Of a DNA stretch of 64,000 nt, positions 47,403 through 55,802 are shown piece after piece. This DNA is from Candidatus Micrarchaeota archaeon (lineage in GTDB: Archaea > Micrarchaeota > Micrarchaeia > Anstonellales > Bilamarchaeaceae). Numbering within the stretch: the first letter of the stretch is position 1; each line of letters opens with the position of its first letter. Under the pieces are notes generated by a model, which was not told where the DNA came from, did not search any database, and saw only the letters and a program-made list of their open reading frames with translations. The translations under genes and the position numbers were made by a program. The DNA lies in NCBI GenBank assembly GCA_043821365.1, contig JBDRCX010000002.1, positions 32,001 to 96,000 on the forward strand. The letters run 5' to 3'.

Positions 47403-48414
47403 TCACAACACCTTCCAATTCTTCGATGCTGATCTCATCTATTTTACATCTACCTATCCCCTGAAGTAATGCCATCCTTATCTTATTACCGAATTTTTTC
47501 TTGTCTTTTTTGATGGCATCAATGAGTTTTTCTTTATTATCAGTTTTTGTTGGTAACCTGTATTGTCTAATCAAATTTTCTATTCTTTCTGCATCTTTTT
47601 TCTCTAATAATCCTTTTTGTAAAGATAAATTTGTTGCTGCTACCATGCCAATTGCTACTGCTTCGCCGTGCGGTATCTTTGTTGTTTTTTCAATTGCATG
47701 CCCAATGGTATGGCCAAAATTTAGTTTCATCCGTTCTCCTTTTTCTAATTCATCTTTTTTTACAATACTTAGTTTGACATTGATAGAATCATGGACTATT
47801 TTTTCTATTGTTGTTCTGTGGAGAGAAAGTGCCTTCTCATTATTTGTTTCCAAATATGAGAACAATGAAGAATCACCAATTGCTGCTTGTTTGATGACTT
47901 CTGCAAAACCACATCGCAATTCAATCAATGGCAATGTCTTCAGAACGTCGAAATCACATATGCAAAAATTTGGTTGGTTGATCACACCAACTAGGTTTTT
48001 GTAACCCTCGAGGTTCACTCCATTTTTTCCTCCAATACTGGCATCAACTTGCGCAAGAAGGGTTGTTGGAACAAAACCAAATTGTATTCCCCTCAAATAT
48101 GTTGATGCAACAAAACCAGTAACATCACAAACAATGCCCCCCCCAACACCAACTAATAATGAAGATCTGTCAATCTCACTGTCAAGTAATTTTTTGTAGA
48201 CTTTTTTTACTGTTTCAAGTGTTTTGTTTTCTTCACCTGGATTAATCTCAATAACCTCAAACCCATCCAACTTATCTGCATGAAATCTCCTGACATTGCT
48301 ATCTGTTATAATGGTGGTTTTTCTTTCTTCACAGTGGCTTCTGAGGTTTTCTATCGAATCCCCAAGTATTATCTGGCATTTTCCTCTCATACCATCAAGT
48401 TCAATTACTCTCAT
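47389..48414 (-). CDS. aroB: 3-dehydroquinate synthase
   Basis: [45 protein letters not shown]. Confidence 0.95.
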   Translation of the reverse strand: MRVIELDGMRGKCQIILGDSIENLRSHCEERKTTIITDSNVRRFHADKLDGFEVIEINPGEENKTLETVKKVYKKLLDSEIDRSSLLVGVGGGIVCDVTGFVASTYLRGIQFGFVPTTLLAQVDASIGGKNGVNLEGYKNLVGVINQPNFCICDFDVLKTLPLIELRCGFAEVIKQAAIGDSSLFSYLETNNEKALSLHRTTIEKIVHDSINVKLSIVKKDELEKGERMKLNFGHTIGHAIEKTTKIPHGEAVAIGMVAATNLSLQKGLLEKKDAERIENLIRQYRLPTKTDNKEKLIDAIKKDKKKFGNKIRMALLQGIGRCKIDEISIEELEGVVNDLC

Positions 48415-49229
48415 TTAAGCTCCCCCATCTTTTCTTTAAGCTGCCTAACCTTCTTAGCCATATCTGTAAATTGGGGCGGTGTCAATGCCTGGTCCTTATC
48501 ACTCAATGCTTCTGGAGGGTTTCTGTGTACCTCTACTATTATTCCATCTGCACCACATGCAACTGATGCCAGACTCATTGGTTCTATCAGACTGATCCTT
48601 CCTGTTCCATGAGTTGGATCAGTAATTACTGGGAGGTGAGTTAATTCTTTTACTGCCGGTACTGAGCTTAGATCAAGCGTGTTTCTTGTGTAAGTTTCGA
48701 ATGTTCTTATTCCACGTTCACATAGAATGACATCTGGATTTCCATCATTGAGTATGTACTCAGCACAGTTCAACCATTCCTCAATAGTAGAGTACATTCC
48801 TCTTTTGAGCAGGATTGGTTTGTTTGCTCGGCCAACTTCCTTTAACAAAGAGAAATTCTGCATATTTCTTGCTCCAATCTGTAGAACATCTGCGTATTCA
48901 CAAACCCAGGAAACATCTCGTGTGTCAATGACTTCAGTTACAATTGGCAAGCCAGTTTCATCCCTTGCTTTTTCAAGTATTTTCAATCCCTTGAGACCAA
49001 GACCCTGGAAAGCATAAGGTGAAGTTCTTGGTTTGAATGCCCCTCCTCGGAGCATATCTGCTCCTGCTTCTTTCACTGCTCTTGCAGTTTCAAGTGTTTG
49101 TTCTTCACTTTCAACACTACACGGGCCTGCAATTATTGTAAATCCCTGTCCAACCTTTACATTTCCAATGCGGACAACTGTTCTTCCGCTTCCATTTAAT
49201 CCAGCTAATTTTATATTTTTCATAATCAT
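48411..49229 (-). CDS. aroF: DAHP synthase type I-beta, no regulatory domain
   Basis: [42 protein letters not shown]; start among 49238/49229/49223. Confidence 0.93.
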   Translation of the reverse strand: MIMKNIKLAGLNGSGRTVVRIGNVKVGQGFTIIAGPCSVESEEQTLETARAVKEAGADMLRGGAFKPRTSPYAFQGLGLKGLKILEKARDETGLPIVTEVIDTRDVSWVCEYADVLQIGARNMQNFSLLKEVGRANKPILLKRGMYSTIEEWLNCAEYILNDGNPDVILCERGIRTFETYTRNTLDLSSVPAVKELTHLPVITDPTHGTGRISLIEPMSLASVACGADGIIVEVHRNPPEALSDKDQALTPPQFTDMAKKVRQLKEKMGELK

Positions 49230-49250
49230 ATACCTCATTCAATCAAAATC

Positions 49251-49409
49251 AACTCGCCAACGTCGAGTTCATCAAATAAAAATCAATACCTCTAATCATC
49301 ATAAGCATCAGGAAAACCCCATTAATATAATTTGTTTAGTGGTTCTCCTGATATCGATAGCTAAAGCTGAAATAATAGAAGAAGTTTTTCCAATTGTTTT
49401 CAGCTATCG
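49251..49409 (-). promoter_or_regulatory. Attenuator-like RNA structures in the aro operon leader
   Basis: 49398-49409 pairs with 49355-49372; 49341-49352 pairs with 49307-49318 (12 bp); hairpin 49251-49269 just before the RBS. Confidence 0.6.
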
Positions 49410-49422
49410 TCATGTGAACCAT
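49336..49422 (-). CDS. Aromatic-rich leader peptide MVHMTIAENNWKNFFYYFSFSYRYQENH
   Basis: 28 aa; 1 Trp, 4 Phe, 4 Tyr within residues 11-24; directly upstream of DAHP synthase; alternative start 49413. Confidence 0.75.
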   Translation of the reverse strand: MVHMTIAENNWKNFFYYFSFSYRYQENH

Positions 49423-49468
49423 CAATTTTATATGTTCATTAAATTTCTGATATCTTTTATTTATATAG

Positions 49469-50269
49469 CTATGTATCATCTTTCTCCCTCAGAACTTTTG
49501 TTATTTTCTTAGTGAATTCTGCAATTTCATCACATGCTTTATCTACGTCATCTAGATGATTTGAATAAATATCTACTAATTTACTGCCAATAATTATACC
49601 ATCTGCATCTGAATTTGAAAATATTCTGGCTTGTTTTTCATCTGATATTCCAAATCCTGCAACTATTGGTGTTTTTGTGATTTTTTTTGCCTGCTTTATT
49701 AGTTCAATTGCTTCTGATGATACTGTGTCTCGCATTCCAGTGGTTCCAAGAACTGATACTGCATATAAAAAACCAGCAGACTTTTCAGCAATTTTTTTCA
49801 TGCGATTTTCTGGTGTGTTTGGCGTAATGAAATATATCAAGGCAATTCCATTTTTTTTACATAAATTATCTAGTTCTTCTGACTCATCAATAGTAATATC
49901 AGGCACTATAAGTCCATCTGCCCCTGCTTCTTTTATTTCATTTACGAAGTTTTCAATTCCGTTTGAGTAAACTATGTTGTAATAGGTCATTACCATAATT
50001 GGTACATTGATTTTCATTTCACGTAATTTTGAAATAATATCAAGTGCTTTTTTCGGTGTCATTCCATTAGTTAGTGCTCTGTTTGATGCAGTTTGTATGA
50101 GTTTTCCGTCAGCAATTGGATCAGAAAAAGGAATGCCAAGTTCTATTGCTCCTGCTCCGTTTGCAACGAGTGTTTGAATAATTCTTATTGTGAACTCTTC
50201 TGATGGATCACCGCAGCATACATAAGGCATGAACACAGTTTCATTTTGGAATAAATTATCTAACGTCAT
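49469..50269 (-). CDS. trpA: Tryptophan synthase alpha chain
   Basis: [30 protein letters not shown]. Confidence 0.96.
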   Translation of the reverse strand: MTLDNLFQNETVFMPYVCCGDPSEEFTIRIIQTLVANGAGAIELGIPFSDPIADGKLIQTASNRALTNGMTPKKALDIISKLREMKINVPIMVMTYYNIVYSNGIENFVNEIKEAGADGLIVPDITIDESEELDNLCKKNGIALIYFITPNTPENRMKKIAEKSAGFLYAVSVLGTTGMRDTVSSEAIELIKQAKKITKTPIVAGFGISDEKQARIFSNSDADGIIIGSKLVDIYSNHLDDVDKACDEIAEFTKKITKVLREKDDT

Positions 50270-51438
50270 AATATCCCCTCTAACCTTCTAACATAATCAA
50301 CATCTTTGTCTCCTCTTCCTGAAAGATTTACAATAATTACTTTGTCCTGTTCAAGATTTTTTGCTATTTTAACTGCATGCGCTATCGCATGTGCACTTTC
50401 AAGAGCAGGTATGATTCCTTCTGTTGATGATAACATATGGAATGCATCTAGTGCTTCATCATCATTTGCAGTTACGTATTCTACCTTGTCCATTTCATCA
50501 AGCATCGCATGTTCTGGTCCAACAGCAGGATAATCTAAACCAGCTGAAACAGAATGCGTTTCTTTTACTTGGCCTGCATCATCTTGGAGCAAGTAAGTCA
50601 ACATACCATGTAAGACTCCCCTCTTCCCATCACCACAGAGTCTTGCTGCATGTTTTTTTCCATCTCCGCCTGCTTCAACCCCGATCATCCTAATATTATC
50701 ATTAAGAAACGGGTGAAACAATCCAATTGCATTGCTTCCTCCACCCACACATGCAATCAAGCAATCTGGTAATTTGTTTTCATAATCTATTATCTGTTTT
50801 TTTGCTTCTTTTCCAATTACTGATTGAAAATCACGTACCATTGTTGGATAAGGATGTGGGCCAAGAGCTGACCCTATAAGGTAATGAGTTGTTCCAAAAT
50901 TAGCAGTATAATCACGCATTGCATCGTTTATTGCATCCTTGAGTGTCTTAGAACCGGTTTCAACTATTCTTAATTTAGCACCAAGCAGTTTCATCCGATA
51001 AACATTGGGTGTCTGACGTTCTGCATCTGTTTTACCCATATAAATATCACATTCCATACCAAGAAGGGCAGCAACAGTTGCAGTTGCAACTCCATGTTGG
51101 CCTGCTCCAGTTTCTGCAATTATTCTTTTTTTCCCCATTTTTTTTGCTAACAATGCCTGCCCCAATGCATTGTTTATTTTATGTGCGCCCGTGTGAAGTA
51201 AATCTTCTCTCTTAAGGTAGATTTTTGCTCCACCAACTTCTCCAGTCAATCTCTCTGCAAAATAAAGTGGTGTTTCTCTTCCTGCGTATGTTTTTAGGTA
51301 ATTATCCAGCATGTTTTGGAATTCTTTGTCCATTTTTATTTCTCCATATGCATGCTCAAGTTCTGTTAATGCTGGAACTAATGTTTCTGGTATAAACTGT
51401 CCGCCATATTTCCCAAAGTATCTATCCATTTTTTGCAC
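50266..51438 (-). CDS. trpB: Tryptophan synthase beta chain (TrpB1)
   Basis: [40 protein letters not shown]. Confidence 0.97.
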   Translation of the reverse strand: MQKMDRYFGKYGGQFIPETLVPALTELEHAYGEIKMDKEFQNMLDNYLKTYAGRETPLYFAERLTGEVGGAKIYLKREDLLHTGAHKINNALGQALLAKKMGKKRIIAETGAGQHGVATATVAALLGMECDIYMGKTDAERQTPNVYRMKLLGAKLRIVETGSKTLKDAINDAMRDYTANFGTTHYLIGSALGPHPYPTMVRDFQSVIGKEAKKQIIDYENKLPDCLIACVGGGSNAIGLFHPFLNDNIRMIGVEAGGDGKKHAARLCGDGKRGVLHGMLTYLLQDDAGQVKETHSVSAGLDYPAVGPEHAMLDEMDKVEYVTANDDEALDAFHMLSSTEGIIPALESAHAIAHAVKIAKNLEQDKVIIVNLSGRGDKDVDYVRRLEGIL

Positions 51439-52195
51439 CTTCCTTAAGCTCTTTTATTTTCTCTTCAATGTTATCTGATTTCCAGATAGCAGTTCCAACT
51501 AAAACTCCGCTTGCACCTGATGATCTAACAAATGCAACATCATTTGCATTTCTAATTCCACTTTCGCTTATCACTGGTCTATCTACGTTTCCAATATCAT
51601 CAAGGATTTTCTTTGTTCTTCCAATGTCTATTTTCAAAGTATCAAGATCTCGATTATTTATTCCTAAAATGTCTGCTTTGGTTTTCATTGCAGTTCTCAT
51701 TTCATCTTCGTCATAACTTTCAAGAAGTACTTCAAGTTCGTTTTCATGTGCTATTTCTATAAGTTCATCAAGGTCAAGTTCGAGTTTTTTAGCAACTTTT
51801 ACAATAAGCAGTATTGCATCTGCTCCAACATTTCTTGCTGCTTCGATTTGTTTTCGTTCAATTATGAAATCTTTGAATAATACAGGCAATCCTGCCTTTT
51901 TCGCCAAAGGTACGTCTCCTATATTTCCCTTGAATATTGTTGGTTCAACAACCACTGAAATTGCATCTGCCCCACTATTGACAAAACTCATGGCAGAACC
52001 TTCAACATCCATTTCATCAAAAGAATACTCTCCTGCAGGTGAAGCATGCTTTATTTCTGTTATTATGATGAATTTTTCAGATCTGATTCTTTGTATTAAT
52101 GAGCATCTGGGACCAACAACTCGTGATCGGACATTATAGTACCCAGTGGATATATTTTCCTTTGCGTGTTCTATAAATTTATCAAGCAAGTTCAT
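51422..52195 (-). CDS. trpC: Indole-3-glycerol-phosphate synthase
   Basis: [35 protein letters not shown]; no TrpF extension. Confidence 0.93.
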   Translation of the reverse strand: MNLLDKFIEHAKENISTGYYNVRSRVVGPRCSLIQRIRSEKFIIITEIKHASPAGEYSFDEMDVEGSAMSFVNSGADAISVVVEPTIFKGNIGDVPLAKKAGLPVLFKDFIIERKQIEAARNVGADAILLIVKVAKKLELDLDELIEIAHENELEVLLESYDEDEMRTAMKTKADILGINNRDLDTLKIDIGRTKKILDDIGNVDRPVISESGIRNANDVAFVRSSGASGVLVGTAIWKSDNIEEKIKELKEGAKNG

Positions 52196-53186
52196 TTTCT
52201 TCACCATCAAATTTCATTAGTTCATTCAATTTTTCCATTGCCTTTCCAGAATCAATGGAATCAGTTGCCTTTGTTATTCCATCTTCAAAACTACCCATAC
52301 CACTAACATAGATGGCTGCAGCAGCATTCAGAACTGCAATATCCCTTGCAGGGCTTGTTTTTCCTTTAAGTATCTCTAGTATTGTTTCTGCACTTTTTTC
52401 TTTGGAGTCGACTATCAGCATCTCTGTTTTCTTAAAACCAAATTCGTTTGCATCAATTATGTATTCTTCAATACTTCCATCGTTTATTTCTGCCACATTT
52501 GTTTTTTCTAATCCTATTTCGTCTGTTCCATCAGAATGCACTACCATTGCTTTTTTTGTGCCTAATTCTACTAGTGCCTCTGCCATTGTTTTGATGAGAG
52601 TTCTATCAAAAACACCAAGTACTTGTGCATGTGCGCTTGCAGGGTTTGTTAGTGGTCCGAGTATGTTGAAAACCGTTCTAACTCCAAGTTCTTTTCTTAC
52701 TGGTGCAACATATTTCATTGCAGGGTGGAAGTATGGTGCAAACATAAATCCAATTCCAATTTTTTCTATGCATTTTTCTACTTTCTTAGGTTCAAGCATT
52801 TTTACCCCAAGTTTTTCAAGTACATCTGCTGAACCACATTTACTTGAAACTGAACGATTGCCATGCTTTGCAATTTTTATTCCTGCTCCAGCTGCTATCA
52901 GAGCTGCAGTTGTTGATATGTTGAATGTATTTGACGAATCTCCCCCAGTTCCGCATGTGTCAACTAAATTCCCAACATTTGGTTTGATCCTAATTGCATT
53001 TTTTCTCATTACACTTGCGAATGCTGCTATTTCTGTTTTTGTTTCTCCCTTCATTTTCAATGATGTAAGGAGAGCAGCTATTCTTGTCTGGCTTTCTGAT
53101 CCTGACATAATTCTTGTCATAATTGATTCTGCTTCTTCACATGTAAGATCCTGCTTTTCCATGAGTTTCTGGAGTATATTTGTCAT
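52182..53186 (-). CDS. trpD: Anthranilate phosphoribosyltransferase
   Basis: DTCGTGGD, FNIST, KHGNRSVSSKCGSAD, FNILGPLTNP. Confidence 0.96.
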   Translation of the reverse strand: MTNILQKLMEKQDLTCEEAESIMTRIMSGSESQTRIAALLTSLKMKGETKTEIAAFASVMRKNAIRIKPNVGNLVDTCGTGGDSSNTFNISTTAALIAAGAGIKIAKHGNRSVSSKCGSADVLEKLGVKMLEPKKVEKCIEKIGIGFMFAPYFHPAMKYVAPVRKELGVRTVFNILGPLTNPASAHAQVLGVFDRTLIKTMAEALVELGTKKAMVVHSDGTDEIGLEKTNVAEINDGSIEEYIIDANEFGFKKTEMLIVDSKEKSAETILEILKGKTSPARDIAVLNAAAAIYVSGMGSFEDGITKATDSIDSGKAMEKLNELMKFDGEENELA

Positions 53187-53755
53187 ACTGCCAACTCCAA
53201 GAAATTTTTCAGAATTTTCTCCCCATTCTCTGTCATTATACTTTCTGGATGGAATTGCACACCATAAATAGGAAGGCTCTTGTGTCTGATCGCCATAATC
53301 ATGTTGTCATCGTTGCTTTTTGCAATCACTTCTATACAATCTGGAATTTTTGTTCCTACAAGAGAATGATACCGCATCACACGCATTGGACTTTTCAATC
53401 CGTTGAAAATTCCATTTTCACTATGGCTTATGTTGCTTGTTTTTCCATGCATTGGTTTTGTTGCTTTTCCAACAACTCCACCAAAATAATGGATAATCCC
53501 CTGGTGACCAAGACACACCCCAAGTATCTTTGTTTTGTTCATTTGTGGAATTATGTCTGCACACACTCCGAAATCTCGTTTATTAGCAGGATGGCCTGGG
53601 CCTGGAGATAGGATTATTGCATCTGGCCTCAGTTTTTTTATTGCATCAATGGTAATCTGATCATTGCGAATTACTCTCACATCTTTGTCCAATTTGCTTA
53701 GGTACTGGAAAAGATTGTAAACAAATGAATCATAATTATCTATTATCAAAATCAA
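53183..53755 (-). CDS. trpG: Anthranilate synthase component II
   Basis: IDNYDSF, SPGPG, GVCLGHQ, QFHPES. Confidence 0.96.
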   Translation of the reverse strand: MILIIDNYDSFVYNLFQYLSKLDKDVRVIRNDQITIDAIKKLRPDAIILSPGPGHPANKRDFGVCADIIPQMNKTKILGVCLGHQGIIHYFGGVVGKATKPMHGKTSNISHSENGIFNGLKSPMRVMRYHSLVGTKIPDCIEVIAKSNDDNMIMAIRHKSLPIYGVQFHPESIMTENGEKILKNFLELAV

Positions 53756-55164
53756 AATCTCACCTCCAGTGCTTGCATAAGTGAGCGCATTTTGTTTTCA
53801 GTTTCATGGTATTCCTTTTCAGGAATTGAATCATACACTATTCCGGCTCCAGCCTGGACATATGCGTTTTGTCGTTGTGCTATCAATGTCCTTATGGTAA
53901 TTGCAAAATCACAATTTCTATTAAATGAAAAATATCCAACAGCCCCACCATAAGCACCTCTTCTATTTTTTTCAAGTTCTTCAATTATTTCCATTGCACG
54001 GACTTTTGGTGCTCCACTCAATGTTCCTGCAGGAAAAATTCCATCAAAAACATCAAAACAGTCTTTTTTATCAGCCAATTCACCACAGACATGGGAACTT
54101 AAATGCTGGACATGACGATACTTATGAACTTCCATAAGTTCTGGAACTGATACTGAACCAGGAGCAGAAACCTTTCCAAGATCATTTCTTGTAAGATCAA
54201 CAAGCATAAGATGTTCTGCCCTTTCTTTTTCATCATTGATAAGTTTTTGTTCAAATATTTTGTCTTCTTCTATTGTTTTTCCCCTTGGCATTGTACCAGC
54301 CAAAGTTGCATAGCTGTCAATTTTCTTTCCTTCAACTCTTACTAAATTTTCTGGACTGGATCCAATTATTTTTCTATCCCCAAAATTAAGGCAGTACATA
54401 TATGGAGAAGGATTTGTTTGTTTTAGATAATTATAAAACCTAAGCAAATTCCCTTCATATGGCAAGGTGTATCTTCTTGATAAGACAACTTGGAATATAT
54501 CGCCTTCAACTATTCTTTCTTTTGCAGTTTCAACTGCCTTTTCAAATTCATCCTTTTCCATATTTGATTTTGGATTACCAGCTTCAAATGGCCCTGAAAA
54601 AACATCTTCTTTTGAAAGCGAAAGAATCTCTGCTGATCTATCATCTCCATGACTCAGGTAGTGCACTGTTCTATCTCTCTGATCATAAATAATACAATCA
54701 TCAAAAATACCAAATTCAAAATCAGGGAATTTCAAATCATCTTTTGTTTTTTCCGGAAGCTTCTCTATGTTTCTGATATAGTCATAGGCAAAATATCCAA
54801 CAGCTCCACCAGCGAAACCTTCTTTTTCTATGTTTATTTTCGGAATGTTATCTGCAAGTGTTCGTATTGGTTTTTGCGAATCAATTTCTTCGTCACCAAC
54901 AGTTACAACTTTTTCTTTTGCAGTTATCATCTTTTTTGGATTAAAACCAATAAAAGAAAATCTTGCAAGCTTTTCCTTTTCACTGGATTGACTATCTGTG
55001 GCATTTGAAGAAGCTTGCATCTCCTTTGTATCAATAGACTCAAGCAGAAATGTTTCTCTGTACTGTCTGTTTATCAGCAAATATAGCTGGTATGGGTTGA
55101 GAGTAATTTTTAGTTTTTTATATATCAATTTACACACCTTTTTGTTTGACTCAAACTTACTCAT
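53752..55164 (-). CDS. trpE: Anthranilate synthase component I
   Basis: [42 protein letters not shown]. Confidence 0.96.
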   Translation of the reverse strand: MSKFESNKKVCKLIYKKLKITLNPYQLYLLINRQYRETFLLESIDTKEMQASSNATDSQSSEKEKLARFSFIGFNPKKMITAKEKVVTVGDEEIDSQKPIRTLADNIPKINIEKEGFAGGAVGYFAYDYIRNIEKLPEKTKDDLKFPDFEFGIFDDCIIYDQRDRTVHYLSHGDDRSAEILSLSKEDVFSGPFEAGNPKSNMEKDEFEKAVETAKERIVEGDIFQVVLSRRYTLPYEGNLLRFYNYLKQTNPSPYMYCLNFGDRKIIGSSPENLVRVEGKKIDSYATLAGTMPRGKTIEEDKIFEQKLINDEKERAEHLMLVDLTRNDLGKVSAPGSVSVPELMEVHKYRHVQHLSSHVCGELADKKDCFDVFDGIFPAGTLSGAPKVRAMEIIEELEKNRRGAYGGAVGYFSFNRNCDFAITIRTLIAQRQNAYVQAGAGIVYDSIPEKEYHETENKMRSLMQALEVRF

Positions 55165-55190
55165 TAGTCAATACTTCAACTGCTCACAAA

Positions 55191-55244
55191 TCAACGTATA
55201 GATTCATGAGTCAAGGTCCATCTTGCTAATGTTATCATTGTCAT
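55191..55244 (-). CDS. Trp-containing leader peptide MTMITLARWTLTHESIR
   Basis: 17 aa, single UGG; ATG 29 nt after TTTAAATA; stop lies 27 nt before trpE. Confidence 0.65.
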   Translation of the reverse strand: MTMITLARWTLTHESIR

Positions 55245-55265
55245 CTATAATTAGCACCAATGATA

Positions 55266-55273
55266 TATTTAAA
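55266..55273. promoter_or_regulatory. TATA box apparently shared by the divergent trp-leader and trpY promoters
   Basis: TTTAAA core at 55268-55273; 29 nt to the leader ATG (minus) and 31 nt to the trpY ATG (plus). Confidence 0.55.
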
Positions 55274-55280
55274 GCTTTTA

Positions 55281-55296
55281 TGTACAAAAATATACA
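55281..55296. promoter_or_regulatory. TRP boxes TGTACA-N4-TATACA
   Basis: Match the TGTACA consensus described for TrpY in Methanothermobacter; located between the TATA box and the trpY start. Confidence 0.75.
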
Positions 55297-55298
55297 TT

Positions 55299-55802
55299 AT
55301 GTATCCTATTCTAGAAGATGCGTTTTTACGCTATCCAATGCGCAAAAAGGTGGCCGAGCTTTTGCTAAAATATGGCCTTAGAGTGGACAAAAAAGCTGTA
55401 ATTTACTGTGGTGAAATAGAACTCAGTCCAGCAAAAATTGCAAGATCACTTAGGGTTGATCGTAGGGTTGTCATCGAAACAGCACAAATGATCGCAGAAG
55501 TAGAAGAACTGTCAAACATTTTTGAGGATTTAATTCCAAAAGCATTTATTAGTGGAGTAGCAAAACATCTTGGATTTGAAGTTCTTGAAATAGAATCAAA
55601 ACCTCATGCTGTTGGTATTGTAAGTGCAGTTACCAGGATAATCGCAGATGCCCGAATAAGTATCCGACAAGTAGTAACTGACGATCCTGACATTTATCCA
55701 AATCCAAAATTAACAATAATTCTTGAGAAAAAACTTTCTGGTTCAGCATTGATAAAATTAAGAGAACTAAAATACATAAAGAAAATATCTCTGGAGTCAT
55801 GA
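55299..55802 (+). CDS. trpY: TrpY-type tryptophan-responsive regulator (HTH plus ACT)
   Basis: From MYPILE (55299); YP.R..VA..LL..G.R(V/I)D...IYC, VDRR.V, GISIRQ-like, DP.....P.LTII pattern of the TrpY family; divergent from trpE. Confidence 0.82.
   Translation: MYPILEDAFLRYPMRKKVAELLLKYGLRVDKKAVIYCGEIELSPAKIARSLRVDRRVVIETAQMIAEVEELSNIFEDLIPKAFISGVAKHLGFEVLEIESKPHAVGIVSAVTRIIADARISIRQVVTDDPDIYPNPKLTIILEKKLSGSALIKLRELKYIKKISLES

Noticed and set aside
17848-55298. Long N-terminal extensions in track ORFs (eno 17848, scpA 26350, pheA 43328, aroE 46851, trpY 55260)
   Set aside because: Homology begins at downstream ATGs and the extensions overlap neighbouring genes or promoters, so starts were trimmed
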